A DNA stretch of 64,000 nucleotides from Candidatus Gastranaerophilales bacterium (lineage in GTDB: Bacteria; Cyanobacteriota; Vampirovibrionia; Gastranaerophilales; Gastranaerophilaceae): contig CANPZP010000003.1 of the NCBI GenBank assembly GCA_947589115.1, forward strand, positions 355 to 64,354. Direction: 5' to 3'. Positions 39,113 to 50,418 of the stretch are shown here, piece after piece. Under the pieces are notes generated by a model, which made no database searches, was not told the origin of the DNA, and worked only from the letters and a program-made list of their open reading frames with translations. A program made the translations under genes and the position numbers. Positions within the stretch are counted from its first letter, which is position 1; every line of letters begins with the position of its first letter.

Positions 39113-39712
39113 ATGAGTGTTTGTATTTATCCAGGAAGTTTTAATCCGATTCATAATGCTCATATTGAGGCAGCAAAATTTGTCCGGCAAGAATTTAATT
39201 TTGACAAAATAGTATTTATTCCGGCTTTTAAACCTCCTCATAAGGATTCAAAAATTTTTGACTCTGATAATGCTTTTCACAGACTGAATATGGTTGAACT
39301 TGCAGTCAAAGATTACCCTTATTTTGATGTTTCAGCTATTGAATATACAAGAAATAAACCTTCATATTCTTATGACACCATTTCTCAGCTTTATCAAATA
39401 TTAAATCCGGAAGATAAAATAAATTTTATTATAGGCTCGGATGCTTTTCGTTATATACAATCTTGGTACAGAGCAGAAGATTTAAAAAAATTAGTTCATT
39501 TTATTTTGTTTATAAGAGAAGATAATTTTAATGAAAATGAATTTTTGAAACTTAAAAGCCTGGGATATAGTTACTCACTTATGAGAATGCCTTTTATTAA
39601 CATTTCATCAAGCAAAGTAAGAGAAATGATTATACATAATGACAATATTTGTGATATAGTACCATTAAAGGTTGCAGAATATATTAAACAAAATAATGTA
39701 TACAAAATATAG
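39113..39712 (+). CDS. nadD: Nicotinate-nucleotide adenylyltransferase
   Basis: YPGSFNPIHNAHI (HxGH-type) and ISSSKVR motifs. Confidence 0.85.
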   Translation: MSVCIYPGSFNPIHNAHIEAAKFVRQEFNFDKIVFIPAFKPPHKDSKIFDSDNAFHRLNMVELAVKDYPYFDVSAIEYTRNKPSYSYDTISQLYQILNPEDKINFIIGSDAFRYIQSWYRAEDLKKLVHFILFIREDNFNENEFLKLKSLGYSYSLMRMPFINISSSKVREMIIHNDNICDIVPLKVAEYIKQNNVYKI

Positions 39713-40280
39713 TATTGAAGAAATAAAAGAAAAACTTAAAAATTGTCTTTCCGCAGAAAGATATCTTCATTCAATCGGAGTTATGGAAAAAGCCGAAGAA
39801 CTTGCTTTAAAATTTAATTGCAATCAAGAAAAAGCAAAAATAGCAGGTTTATTGCACGATTGTGCCAAATGTATTCCAACGGAAGAACTGTTAAAATATA
39901 CCGAACAATTTGAAGAATGCGAAAAACTCAGTTCTAAGACTTGGCATGCTCCTGTCGGTGCCGTTATTGCAAAAAAAGATTATAACGTTGAAGATGAAGA
40001 AATTTTATCAGCCATAAGATGGCATACCATAGGTAAAATTAACATGTCAGACTTTGAAAAAATTATTTTTCTTGCTGACAAAATTGAACCAAAAACAAGA
40101 GATTTAAAATTCAGACAAAAAATAGAAAAAGTCCTGAATAAAACTCAAAATCTTGATGAAGCTTTACTTAAGAGCTTTAAAATTACAATAAAGAGTCTGT
40201 TAAAACGTAAATTACCTATCTGCTTTCAAACAGTTGAAGTTTATAATGATTTATTAAAAAAAATTTTACCCGATAAATAG
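39696..40280 (+). CDS. yqeK: HD-domain bis(5'-nucleosyl)-tetraphosphatase YqeK
   Basis: RY.HS.GV, LLHDCAK and the classical nadD-yqeK linkage. Confidence 0.8.
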   Translation: MYTKYSIEEIKEKLKNCLSAERYLHSIGVMEKAEELALKFNCNQEKAKIAGLLHDCAKCIPTEELLKYTEQFEECEKLSSKTWHAPVGAVIAKKDYNVEDEEILSAIRWHTIGKINMSDFEKIIFLADKIEPKTRDLKFRQKIEKVLNKTQNLDEALLKSFKITIKSLLKRKLPICFQTVEVYNDLLKKILPDK

Positions 40281-40326
40281 CAACTTTTTCCTTTACATTT
40301 TTTGAAGTTATCGGAGAATAGAGAAT

Positions 40327-41598
40327 ATGAAAATTCATACAATAACACTTGCTCATAATTTTAATAAATCTTTTAAAAGTTCCGACAATGCAGCTAATAA
40401 ACAAAATAATCCTATTATACCTTCAAATAACAATTTACAAGACAAACTTAATGTATATCCGAAAAGAAATGATTTGTATGTAGAAAATGGCAAAGTATAC
40501 AATGGAAATAAAAGTCCTTACTACGGATTAATTACTCATACGGATAAAAATAACAACCGATGGATTTTTAGTTATAAAAACGGCAATCTTATAAAATCCG
40601 AAAAAGAATTTAAACCATATAAACAATATACGTATGATAACACCCGTAAAAGTATACTCAAACAAGGTGATATACCATACTTATTCATGAAAAAAACTTT
40701 ATCCGATAACGAAGAAATCAGCGAATTTAATGCTTTTCCTTTTTCAAACATTGAAACAATGATTGTAGAAGATTCAAATGGTGGCAAAACAGCAATTATA
40801 AAGAATAAAGACCCGATGTATAGACTTGAACCCGTATATATTACTTCTTCATCAAACGGAAATACACTTATAGTAGAAAGTGAAACAGGAGAAGAAAATG
40901 TATATTTTCATAATACGGATGAGGCAAAAAAATACTTTAATGATGAATACGGAATTGAAATAGATAATATTAGCTTAAAACAAGCTTATGTACTTAAACA
41001 AGCTGTCGATTCTTTTACGAAATTAAATTATAGAAATAAGGGTAAAAAACTTTTTGAAGGCTTAAAAATTACAGGCGAATATATTGGCAAAAATAAAGAT
41101 AATAAATATATTACCGCATCGACTAATACTTCATACAAAGAAATTAATCTTGAAGGTAAAAAATATGACAATTTTGTTGAACTAATTAATGATATTCCCG
41201 AAGAAAAATTTGTTTTGAAAGAGCCGCCTAATATTACATTAAACAGAAATATAGATTCGGAAGCAGAGGAAGAAATTATTAAATACGGTTATTTAACGGG
41301 CGAATTTGCATTTTCTTCTCTTTTATCATTATTTCAACACGAATTAGGCCACTACCTGCATATAACCGAAAATCCGAAAATATATTTTGTATCAAGTAAA
41401 ATACCGGGAAGTTTAGTTTTATTGGATACACTTCCTGCCGCTTTAGAAGTAAGTGAATATTCGGTTAAACACAATTTAAATGAATATGTTGCGGAATATA
41501 TAGCAGGAAAAATGAATAACGCTCAATACTCGGAAGCCGCAGATAACTTATATAAAAAATTAAAAGGGCCTGATTTATTTTCTAATAAACAGAATTAA
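40327..41598 (+). CDS. Hypothetical protein with C-terminal HExxH zincin-like motif
   Basis: FQHELGHYLH with a downstream acidic NEYVAEY. The N-terminus has a YwqK/MORN-like block (YVENGKVYNG...FSYKNGNLI). No signal peptide. Confidence 0.6.
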   Translation: MKIHTITLAHNFNKSFKSSDNAANKQNNPIIPSNNNLQDKLNVYPKRNDLYVENGKVYNGNKSPYYGLITHTDKNNNRWIFSYKNGNLIKSEKEFKPYKQYTYDNTRKSILKQGDIPYLFMKKTLSDNEEISEFNAFPFSNIETMIVEDSNGGKTAIIKNKDPMYRLEPVYITSSSNGNTLIVESETGEENVYFHNTDEAKKYFNDEYGIEIDNISLKQAYVLKQAVDSFTKLNYRNKGKKLFEGLKITGEYIGKNKDNKYITASTNTSYKEINLEGKKYDNFVELINDIPEEKFVLKEPPNITLNRNIDSEAEEEIIKYGYLTGEFAFSSLLSLFQHELGHYLHITENPKIYFVSSKIPGSLVLLDTLPAALEVSEYSVKHNLNEYVAEYIAGKMNNAQYSEAADNLYKKLKGPDLFSNKQN

Positions 41599-41646
41599 GT
41601 CTATAGCGGGATTAAATAAACTTATAATTGATTAATTATAAGTATT

Positions 41647-42036
41647 ATGCAAAATATGGAATGGTACAACAGTTTAAATAAACCTTTTTTAGCACCGCCA
41701 TCAAGTGTCTTTGCGCCGGTGTGGACTATTTTATACATAATGATAGCCTTATCTTTAATATTTTTTCTTAAAGGAGGAATGAATAAAGATAAAACCGCAC
41801 CTTTAATATTTTTTATTATTCAATTAGCATTAAATTTTGCTTGGACACCTGTATTTTTCGGGCTTCAAAATATTGGTTTAGCGCTTATTATTATAATATT
41901 AATGTGGTTATTTACACTATTAACCGTTATTTTCTTTTTCAGACATTCTAAAATTGCATCCTTATTGCTCATTCCGTATTTAGTATGGATAAGTTTCGCA
42001 TTTTACCTGAATTTCGGTTATTTTGTATTAAATTAA
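41647..42036 (+). CDS. tspO: TspO/MBR tryptophan-rich sensory protein
   Basis: WYNSLNKP.L.PP...F.PVWT.LY; 5 TM segments. Confidence 0.85.
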   Translation: MQNMEWYNSLNKPFLAPPSSVFAPVWTILYIMIALSLIFFLKGGMNKDKTAPLIFFIIQLALNFAWTPVFFGLQNIGLALIIIILMWLFTLLTVIFFFRHSKIASLLLIPYLVWISFAFYLNFGYFVLN

Positions 42037-42116
42037 ATATGTCTGCTACCGGCATTAAAAAAAATTAAAAGCCTGACAGAATACGCATCAAGACAATACC
42101 TGAGCGAAAAGCCTAT

Positions 42117-43715
42117 TTAACCTGCATTTTTAAAATCACTGCCGCCGACAATCCTTAAATGACGCTGAGGTTCTTCTCCGACACTCTCACTTGATAAATT
42201 ATGCTGTTCAACAAGTTCATGCTGCAGTTTTCTTATTTGCTGGTTTTGAGGCTGTAATTCAACTTTATCCGCACCTTCCAATATTTTTTGAATAGCAGCT
42301 TTAGCCTCATCTAATGCACGTTCCGCATCATCATAATAACCCTGAAGAGTTTCCGAATCCGTTATATGCAGTGCTTCTTTTACAACCTTCTGCACCTGTG
42401 ACATAGAGTTTGAACGTACATAATATATAGGCAGTTTATAATCATTGGCAATACTTAAAATTTTAGTACCACCCTTTGCAAATGCCTTATGTACAATAAT
42501 TATATCCGCTTCTTCAATATTTCTCGTTATTTCAGCCTGAAGATTTAATCTTTCCAATACTTTATCAAGCACTGTTCTGCTGACTGCATAAATATATATT
42601 TTTTTGAAATCCTTAACTTGTTTAACATACTCTTGTCTTGAAAAACTAAATTTTAGTTTTTGAGAAGCAAGATTTTCATCTTCTTCTTTTTGCTGCTCGA
42701 TTTGGGTAGTTTGTGCAGGCTGAACTTTATTTTCATAAACTTGATCAACCTTTCTGATTTCAGGTCTGATAGGCCAGCCTCTAAGAATATAATCAACCGC
42801 TTCCGCCGTATTCTTATAAACGGCTAAAGTATTTCTGTCTATGATTTCAATAACAATATCAAATGTAGGCTGTTTTTCACGTTCCAAAACAGTCTTTTGA
42901 GAGCCTCTGCGTTTAGCTTCATCATCACCTAAAGTAACGGAGCTTACTCCGCCTACTAAGTCTGAAAGCGTAGGATTTTTTATCAAATTATCTAACGTAT
43001 TACCATGCGCCGTAGCTATTAACATAACACCACGTTCAGCAATGGTTCTTGCGGCTTGTGCTTCTTCTTCAGTGCCTATTTCGTCCACCACAATAACTTC
43101 CGGAGTGTGATTTTCAACCGCCTCAATCATAACATCTTTTTGATAAATAGGTTGAGAAACCTGCATTCTCCTTGCACGACCGATTGCAGGATGCGGAGTA
43201 TCACCGTCGCCTGCGATTTCGTTTGATGTATCAACTATTACAACTCTTTTTCCCAAATCATCAGCTACAAGTCTTGAAATTTCTCTTAATTTAGTTGTCT
43301 TACCTACACCCGGACGTCCTAAAAATAATATGCTTTTATTTTGAAGTACAAAATCTTTTATGCAGGCAATAGTTCCGGTAACAACACGACCAATTCTGCA
43401 AGTAAGCCCTACAACTTTACCCTGCCTGTTTTTTATAGCACTTATTCTGTGTAAAGTCCCCGCTATCCCCGAACGATTATCATTAGTAAACGGCTGAATC
43501 CTTGATGTGATATATTCAATATCTTCGTTTGTAATATACTCACTGCCTATAAAATCCGTTCTTTTATCAGAATATCTTATTTCCCCAACCCTGCCTAAAT
43601 CAAGCACTAACTCTATGGCATCATCTAAATTATACGGCTTTAATGATTCAACAATCTTCGGCGGTAAAATTTCAATTAACCTTCTCAGGTCATTATGAAA
43701 CTGGATTTTGTCCAT
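42117..43715 (-). CDS. Ycf45/SpoIIIAA-like AAA ATPase with C-terminal R3H domain
   Basis: Walker A GRPGVGKTT, Walker B VIVVDEIG, C-terminal ..LQHELVEQHNLSSESVGEEPQRHLRI (R3H). Confidence 0.8.
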   Translation of the reverse strand: MDKIQFHNDLRRLIEILPPKIVESLKPYNLDDAIELVLDLGRVGEIRYSDKRTDFIGSEYITNEDIEYITSRIQPFTNDNRSGIAGTLHRISAIKNRQGKVVGLTCRIGRVVTGTIACIKDFVLQNKSILFLGRPGVGKTTKLREISRLVADDLGKRVVIVDTSNEIAGDGDTPHPAIGRARRMQVSQPIYQKDVMIEAVENHTPEVIVVDEIGTEEEAQAARTIAERGVMLIATAHGNTLDNLIKNPTLSDLVGGVSSVTLGDDEAKRRGSQKTVLEREKQPTFDIVIEIIDRNTLAVYKNTAEAVDYILRGWPIRPEIRKVDQVYENKVQPAQTTQIEQQKEEDENLASQKLKFSFSRQEYVKQVKDFKKIYIYAVSRTVLDKVLERLNLQAEITRNIEEADIIIVHKAFAKGGTKILSIANDYKLPIYYVRSNSMSQVQKVVKEALHITDSETLQGYYDDAERALDEAKAAIQKILEGADKVELQPQNQQIRKLQHELVEQHNLSSESVGEEPQRHLRIVGGSDFKNAG

Positions 43716-43923
43716 ATGTCCCTTTCGCTTATCTGTTGCGCTCAGGTGTGTTTCTTGTACTCGTCTTAGAACTTTTATTCTAATCTGAGGATATCTGCAT
43801 TATTATTATAACATTTTTTTTACTTAGTTTCAAAAATTTACATACTATGTTTGTAGTAATTTTACATATCTTTATAAAAACAATCAAACAAATTATAATT
43901 TTAATACTATAATATATATTGAT

Positions 43924-44526
43924 ATGATTAATAACTATGAAAGATTTTTAACATTCTTAAATAAAAAATTATCAACCTGCTTTGAGGAACAAAAACCATA
44001 CATATTTTGTCATAAAGGCTGTTCAAAATGCTGCAGAAATGCCGAGTTTCCGTTTTCATTTTTGGAATTTAAATATATAATAATAGGTTTTATGAATTTA
44101 GACAAGGAAACGCAGGACAAAATAGAAAATAACATTTCGAAAGTTGCGGAAGAAAAAGAAAATTATAAGGGAGAACCTCCGTTTTTTTACACCTGCCCTT
44201 TTTTAATTAATGACCAATGCAGTGTATACAATTACAGAGGTATAGTTTGCCGTACATTTGGGTTATTGTCCGCAAAAGAAGGCAATGCGAATATTACAAA
44301 AGTTCCTTTTTGTATTAATGAGGGGCTTAATTATTCAGTTGTATTAGATAAAAAAACAAATAAAATTTCATCAGAAAAATACAAGGAATCGGGAATAATC
44401 CCCGAACCCGTCGGATATAATATCGGATACTCTTTTTTAACAGGTGAATCCTTTGAAAAACTTTTTAATATTAAATTCGGTGAGAAAAAAGCTCTTATTG
44501 ATTGGTTTTTGGAAAATAAAGAATAA
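43924..44526 (+). CDS. YkgJ-family (UPF0153) cysteine-cluster protein
   Basis: C.KGCSKCC ... CPFL..D.CSVY..R...CR. Confidence 0.7.
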   Translation: MINNYERFLTFLNKKLSTCFEEQKPYIFCHKGCSKCCRNAEFPFSFLEFKYIIIGFMNLDKETQDKIENNISKVAEEKENYKGEPPFFYTCPFLINDQCSVYNYRGIVCRTFGLLSAKEGNANITKVPFCINEGLNYSVVLDKKTNKISSEKYKESGIIPEPVGYNIGYSFLTGESFEKLFNIKFGEKKALIDWFLENKE

Positions 44527-44530
44527 CTTT

Positions 44531-45349
44531 TTATAACATCACCGAATCATTATACTGAACTACATTTTCGGGTACGTTAAATATTTTATTGTCTACTTTG
44601 TTAGTTTCAATTGTTTTTATATTATTTACAAGCTCATTTTTTAACGTCGTAGAAAGAGAAGAAGTGACGTATGTACCTGTATAAACTGCTATGCCGTATT
44701 TATCACTGACACAAACTTCTTTTTTAAAGGAACTGCTGCCATATCTCCCTCTTCTGTAATATTTTTTACTTTCTTCATTAAAAGTAATTAATCGGCATGC
44801 GAATCCGTTATAATTTGCATTTTCATCTTTAAAAACCGGCGCACTGTTTTTATCTAAAAACGCTTCATACCAATTAAAGTTCTCATATGTACTATCAAGT
44901 AATTCTTTTTTTCTTTGTATATCAACTTCATTTTTATCACCATCTTGAAACATTTTATATGCAGTATCTTTTCTAATTTCAGGCTGTATTATATAAATAT
45001 TATTATTTTTAAAAATAACTTCGTTTAAGGGATTTTTTGTAATTGTACCATTTTCATTAAAAATATAAGAAGAAATATCTTTATATATATTCCCTTTCTT
45101 GTAATGGTTAACATTTTTTTCTGATTCAAACATATCAGTAACATCAGAATATGTAATTGATTTTTCCGTCTTTTTTAACGAAAGATTATATGAAGTATAA
45201 CTATCTTGAACTTTTTTCATATCCTGCCAATAATCATAAACACTGTCATAATGTTTTTTTATTTTCGGCATATTGGAATTATTAACTAAATAAACATAAA
45301 TTAAACATAAAATTACAAATATAAGCAAAGCAATTACATTTTTTTTCAT
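44531..45349 (-). CDS. Exported/anchored hypothetical protein
   Basis: N-terminal anchor MKKNVIALLIFVILCLIYVYL. Confidence 0.6.
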   Translation of the reverse strand: MKKNVIALLIFVILCLIYVYLVNNSNMPKIKKHYDSVYDYWQDMKKVQDSYTSYNLSLKKTEKSITYSDVTDMFESEKNVNHYKKGNIYKDISSYIFNENGTITKNPLNEVIFKNNNIYIIQPEIRKDTAYKMFQDGDKNEVDIQRKKELLDSTYENFNWYEAFLDKNSAPVFKDENANYNGFACRLITFNEESKKYYRRGRYGSSSFKKEVCVSDKYGIAVYTGTYVTSSLSTTLKNELVNNIKTIETNKVDNKIFNVPENVVQYNDSVML

Positions 45350-45422
45350 ATACTCCTCCGTATTTGAATATATTATAAATAACTTTTTTTATAAAAGCAA
45401 TTTATATAGTTTAAAAATTAAT

Positions 45423-45453
45423 ATAAAAAAAAGCAAGCTTTAATGCCTGCTTC
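45423..45453 (-). terminator. Rho-independent terminator after fusA
   Basis: Minus strand reads AAGCAGGC-ATTAAA-GCTTGCTT followed by T8. Confidence 0.7.
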
Positions 45454-45477
45454 TTTTTTATTTATTGAACTTTAGTC

Positions 45478-47562
45478 TTATGCGTTAGCACCGGCTTTTG
45501 AAATAATTTCTTCCTGAACGTTTGCCGGAACTTGTTCATATTTCAAAAATTCCATTGAGAAAGTACCGCGTCCTTGAGTATTTGAACGTAAGTCCGTAGC
45601 ATACCCGAACATATTACCTAACGGAACGGTAGCTCTTACTATTACGTTACCTGTGTTGCCTAAAGGTTCTTGACCTTCAATACGTCCTCTTCTTCTTGAT
45701 ATATCACCGATGATTGTACCTGTATATTCGTCGGGGATTTCAATTTCTACTTTCATCATAGGCTCTAATATACAAGGTCTTGCTTTTTTACAACCGTCTT
45801 TAATAGCCATTGAACCGGCAATTTTAAATGCCATTTCGGAAGAGTCAACTTCGTGATAAGAACCGTCATAAAGTTCAACTTTTACGTCTATCATGGGATA
45901 TCCTGCTAAGATACCGCCTTCAAGAGCTTCTTCCATACCTTTTCTTGCAGGTTCAATATATTCTTTCGGTATAGCACCACCGACGATTTTATTTTCAAAT
46001 ACGAATCCTTCATTTTCACCTGCGGGAGATATTCTGATTTTAACGTGTCCGTATTGACCTTTACCTCCTGACTGCCGGATAAATTTAGAATCCTGATCTG
46101 AATTACCGAGAATTGTTTCACGATATGCAACTTGAGGTTTACCTACATTTGCATCAACTTTAAATTCTCTTAACAGACGGTCAACAATAATATCTAAGTG
46201 AAGTTCGCCCATACCCGAGATAATTGTTTGACCTGTTTCGGTATCTGATTTAACTCTGAAAGAAGGATCTTCTTCAGCAAGTTTTTGAAGTGCGATACCC
46301 ATTTTATCTTGATCGGCTTTTGTTTTAGGCTCAATAGCAACCGAAATAACGGGGTCGGGGAATTCCATTTTTTCTAAGATAATCGGAGCGTTTTCATCAC
46401 AAAGTGTATCACCTGTTGTTGTTTCTTTTAAACCAACAGCGGCACAGATATCACCTGCATAAACTTCGGTTATTTCGTTTCTTTGGTCAGCGTACATTTG
46501 TACCAAACGTGAAATACGTTCTTTATTGCCGTTTGTAGCGTTTAATACATATGAACCTGATGTTAACTTACCTGAATATACTCTTAAGAAAGTGAGTCGT
46601 CCTACATAAGGGTCTGTCATAATTTTAAATGCCAAAGCTGAAAATGGTTCATCTTCTGAAGAATGTCTTTCAACTTTTGTTCCGTCTTCAAGTTCACCTT
46701 CAATAGCTTTTACATCTATTGGTGAAGGCATATAATCCATAACGGCATCAAGTAATAATTGAACACCTTTATTTTTGAACGCTGTACCGCATGTAACGGG
46801 AACTATTTTATTCTCGCAAACCGCTTTTCTTAATACTTTTTTAAGTTCTTCAACAGTAGGTTCTTCACCTTCTAAGAACTTCATCATTAAGTCATCATCA
46901 AATTCCGATATAGCTTCAACTAAAGCAGCATGATATTCTTGAGCTTTATCCATCATATCTGCCGGTATAGGTTCTTCTTTTATATCCGTACCTAAATCAT
47001 TTGTGTAGATTTCGGCTTTCATATTCATAAGGTCTATTAAACCTGTAAATTTATCTTCCGCACCGATAGGTAATTGAATAGGAACAGCATTTGCGCCTAA
47101 TCTGTTTTTAATTTGGTCAACTACACGGTAGAAGTTAGCACCTGTTCTGTCCATTTTATTAACAAATACCATTCTGGGTACTTCATATCTGTTAGCTTGT
47201 CTCCAAACAGTTTCTGATTGTGATTGAACACCGCCGACAGCACAGAATACAGCAACAACACCGTCTAATACACGGAGCGAACGTTCAACTTCAATTGTAA
47301 AATCAACGTGCCCGGGGGTGTCGATGATGTTAAATTGATGGTTTTTCCACATCGCTGTAACAGCTGCAGATTGAATTGTAATACCTCTTTCTCTTTCCTG
47401 ATCCATAAAGTCGGTAACAGCCGCACCATCATGCACCTCTCCGATTTTATGTGTTTTACCTGTGTAGAATAAGATACGTTCTGTAGTAGTTGTTTTACCC
47501 GCATCAATATGCGCAGCAATACCGAAGTTTCTTACTCTCTCTAACGGGACTTGTCTTGCCAT
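45478..47562 (-). CDS. fusA: Elongation factor G
   Basis: [33 protein letters not shown] and full domains I-V. Confidence 0.95.
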   Translation of the reverse strand: MARQVPLERVRNFGIAAHIDAGKTTTTERILFYTGKTHKIGEVHDGAAVTDFMDQERERGITIQSAAVTAMWKNHQFNIIDTPGHVDFTIEVERSLRVLDGVVAVFCAVGGVQSQSETVWRQANRYEVPRMVFVNKMDRTGANFYRVVDQIKNRLGANAVPIQLPIGAEDKFTGLIDLMNMKAEIYTNDLGTDIKEEPIPADMMDKAQEYHAALVEAISEFDDDLMMKFLEGEEPTVEELKKVLRKAVCENKIVPVTCGTAFKNKGVQLLLDAVMDYMPSPIDVKAIEGELEDGTKVERHSSEDEPFSALAFKIMTDPYVGRLTFLRVYSGKLTSGSYVLNATNGNKERISRLVQMYADQRNEITEVYAGDICAAVGLKETTTGDTLCDENAPIILEKMEFPDPVISVAIEPKTKADQDKMGIALQKLAEEDPSFRVKSDTETGQTIISGMGELHLDIIVDRLLREFKVDANVGKPQVAYRETILGNSDQDSKFIRQSGGKGQYGHVKIRISPAGENEGFVFENKIVGGAIPKEYIEPARKGMEEALEGGILAGYPMIDVKVELYDGSYHEVDSSEMAFKIAGSMAIKDGCKKARPCILEPMMKVEIEIPDEYTGTIIGDISRRRGRIEGQEPLGNTGNVIVRATVPLGNMFGYATDLRSNTQGRGTFSMEFLKYEQVPANVQEEIISKAGANA

Positions 47563-47866
47563 CTCATTTTTCCTTTATTTTTCTCTACTTTATTTTACAC
47601 ATACAGCACTCTTTTTACAGCTATTTTAACTATATTGAGTACTTATTATTTATCTCTTTTAATATTTTTGAGACATTTTAGCTTTCACTAACAGTATTAT
47701 CTTTGCATAAAAATAAATTTTTTTAAAGAATTTTATTTACATTATTTAAATAATATAAATATCAAGTATATTTTTCTTTATAATTTAAGCTTTTTTTCAA
47801 AATAATCCTTTAGTGTTCTCATACGGACTACATACAAAAATTATATTAGATTGCAAAATAAATGAT

Positions 47867-48088
47867 ATGCTTAGTAATGATGAAAAACAGATAAAATTCG
47901 GAAAAAATATAGCAAAACTCAGAAAATTAAAAGGATTTACTCAAAATCAATTAGCTGAGATTCTTGATATATCAAGAGAGCATCTTGCAAAAATTGAAAC
48001 AGCAAAAAGAGGAATTAGTATAAATCTTTTGTATAAATTGAGCGATGCACTTAATATTGAAGAAAAAGAATTTTTTAATTTTAACTAA
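47867..48088 (+). CDS. XRE-family helix-turn-helix transcriptional regulator
   Basis: FGKNIAKLRKLKGFTQNQLAEILDISREHLAKIE. Confidence 0.8.
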   Translation: MLSNDEKQIKFGKNIAKLRKLKGFTQNQLAEILDISREHLAKIETAKRGISINLLYKLSDALNIEEKEFFNFN

Positions 48089-48090
48089 AA

Positions 48091-49650
48091 TTATTTATTT
48101 TTATTTTTAGCGGTATTATACTCCCTTAATCCGGGTGCTTCATTTTTACCGGTTCTTTTTTCGGTAAGCGCATATTGTATTTTCGGAATTGCAAAGCCCA
48201 ATGCAAATGCAGATACACCTAAAGCCACAGCTCTGAATAATACCGAATAAATAAAATTCTTTTTGCTCAGTTTATTTAAAAATTCTATATCCACTACTCC
48301 GTTATTATTTTTATTCGCAGACTCAATTATAGATTCAGCATACTTTTCTATATTATTCCTGAAGGAAGTGATTTTTTTCATGGGAATAAATTTATAAGGA
48401 TTTGTTAAATCGGATTTAAATTTTTCTTTATACAATTTTTTCATAAAATCAGGGGTATTCATATAACCGTTTTTTAAGACGTCAGTAACTTGATGCTTAG
48501 TCAAAACCTTTCCCGCCCCTTTTATTTCAGGCTGCAATTCTGCCATTTGAGAAGCTTTTTCGATAATTTTTTCATTGTTTATATATTTTGAAAGTTCTTT
48601 TAAAGTAATTACATCAGAATTAAAAGGTAATGAAGATAATAACTCTTTTGAAGAATCATCAAGAGTACCGAGGAATTTTTCGGAAAATTCTTTTGTTTTT
48701 AATGAATTTATATCAAGATTTTTAAATTTTTCAATAACAGTTTGGTGAATCTGTTTTGATGCAACGGAATCAAGACTCGTTGACTTTGAAGTATTTGTAA
48801 TCTTCTGGAGAAATTTATATATTAACGGAGTACTTGCAAAATAGAAGAAACTTGAAGATACATCTCTAAAGAAATATTCTTTTCCTTCATCTTTGTTTCT
48901 TGCGGTAACAACTCTTCCGGTTAAGATTCCCGTATCACAAGTGAGCATTTTGCATATCTTATTATTTTCAAGTTTATGAGCAACCCGTGTCATTAAATCG
49001 GCAGATATCCCCTTAAATGAAGGAGTTTGTTTTTTTGCAATAACGGAATTAAATTCTTCAAGAGTAACATTATATCTGTCAGAATATTTATTTTCTTTTT
49101 TATCAGCCTTAGCCTTATCTTTACCCGCAATTAATTTTGTAATTTTTTGATTAATTTTAGGCAGGCAGAATCCTACAAAAAGAGTCGCAGTAATTGTCGA
49201 GAGGATTATTTTGGAAAATTTAAATGCCGCCAGTTTTTTCTCCATTGTTTTTACGGCTTGTTTATCGGAAGTTTTTTCTCCCAAATCATGTATAAGATTA
49301 TTAAAAGGGTTCCTGAGAGCATCTTTACCTGCATCAAAGTCGGTTGTCGGAAGTTTTAAAACACGTTTACCAAATTCATTACCCAGTTTATTAAATAAGT
49401 CAACACCCTTCATCCAAAAAACGGCAGACACGAAATCATCGGTAAATCTTTCCCTAAATTCATAAAATCCGCCTCGCTTATACGCATTTAGCGACCTGCC
49501 GCCCGTTACAAAAGTTTCCAAGAAAATAGTAGGTGCTAAAGCATCTTGATTGGATAACGTTCTTAATATGCTTCTGGCATTCAGTCCTTTAGAACTTATT
49601 ACCTTGTTATTATTTTTTTCGTTATATATTCCTGATGTTTGTATCTGCAT
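48091..49650 (-). CDS. Membrane protein of unknown function (519 aa)
   Basis: Internal TM ILSTITATLFVGFCL and C-terminal TM AVALGVSAFALGFAI; helical K-rich middle. Confidence 0.65.
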   Translation of the reverse strand: MQIQTSGIYNEKNNNKVISSKGLNARSILRTLSNQDALAPTIFLETFVTGGRSLNAYKRGGFYEFRERFTDDFVSAVFWMKGVDLFNKLGNEFGKRVLKLPTTDFDAGKDALRNPFNNLIHDLGEKTSDKQAVKTMEKKLAAFKFSKIILSTITATLFVGFCLPKINQKITKLIAGKDKAKADKKENKYSDRYNVTLEEFNSVIAKKQTPSFKGISADLMTRVAHKLENNKICKMLTCDTGILTGRVVTARNKDEGKEYFFRDVSSSFFYFASTPLIYKFLQKITNTSKSTSLDSVASKQIHQTVIEKFKNLDINSLKTKEFSEKFLGTLDDSSKELLSSLPFNSDVITLKELSKYINNEKIIEKASQMAELQPEIKGAGKVLTKHQVTDVLKNGYMNTPDFMKKLYKEKFKSDLTNPYKFIPMKKITSFRNNIEKYAESIIESANKNNNGVVDIEFLNKLSKKNFIYSVLFRAVALGVSAFALGFAIPKIQYALTEKRTGKNEAPGLREYNTAKNKNK

Positions 49651-49831
49651 TATTTATTGTCTTTTTAAAACTTCCTCTTGTATTAAAAGTCGTAATAATC
49701 TTTTTTGCTATATATTATATTTTTTTATACATGTGTTTACATATTTTTTTTACGCTATATAATGAATTTACTCACTAATCCTCTAAGCAGATTGTGGTCA
49801 TTGACAATATGCATTAGAAAGGGAAAAAACC

Positions 49832-50104
49832 ATGGCAAACATTAAATCCGCTAAAAAAAGAATTTTAACAGCAGAAAGAAATTATCAAAAAAATGTAGCT
49901 TTTAAATCAGCTATCAAAACTGCCGTTAAAAAAGTTGTTGTTTTAGCGACAGCCAAAGAAAAAGACCAAGAAGCTATTAATTCCGCATTATCTCAAGCTT
50001 ATAAATTATGCGATAAAGCGGTTTCTAAAGGTATTTTACATAAAAATACAGCTTCAAGAAAAAAATCAAGATTAACTATTGCAGTTAACAAATTAATGAA
50101 ATAA
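49832..50104 (+). CDS. rpsT: 30S ribosomal protein S20
   Basis: MANIKSAKKRI...ERN.... Confidence 0.9.
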   Translation: MANIKSAKKRILTAERNYQKNVAFKSAIKTAVKKVVVLATAKEKDQEAINSALSQAYKLCDKAVSKGILHKNTASRKKSRLTIAVNKLMK

Positions 50105-50125
50105 TTAATTATTGATTTTTGTATT

Positions 50126-50156
50126 AAAAAAGCTCCTGACATTGAGGAGCTTTTTT
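50126..50156. terminator. Bidirectional rho-independent terminator
   Basis: AAAAAAGCTCCT-GACATTG-AGGAGCTTTTTT. Confidence 0.75.
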
Positions 50157-50175
50157 ATTTCCATATATTTTTTGG

Positions 50176-50418
50176 TTAACCGACTAAACCTGAATCATCA
50201 CATTCCGATGCTTTTACCATAATAGCATGTTCAACCGGATTCTCTTTTTTGATTGAATTATCAAAAGGTACTTCATCAAAACTATAATCTTCTTTTACTT
50301 TCTTTAATTGGTTTTCGTCTACTAATTTTTTTGCTAATTCCGCTATTTCATACACAAGCTGATATCTGTTTTCCGTATTTTCATTCAGATCCCAAGCTAT
50401 TTTTATTATTTGATTCAT
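50176..50418 (-). CDS. rpoZ: RNA polymerase omega subunit, cyanobacterial-type
   Basis: ENRYQLVYEIAELAKKL resembles SNRY.ITVQVANRAKR. The C-terminus NPVEHAIMVKASECDDSGLVG resembles KPAVRAIIEMSDEL..PEIIG. Start set at MNQIIK after a GGAGG RBS. Confidence 0.65.
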   Translation of the reverse strand: MNQIIKIAWDLNENTENRYQLVYEIAELAKKLVDENQLKKVKEDYSFDEVPFDNSIKKENPVEHAIMVKASECDDSGLVG

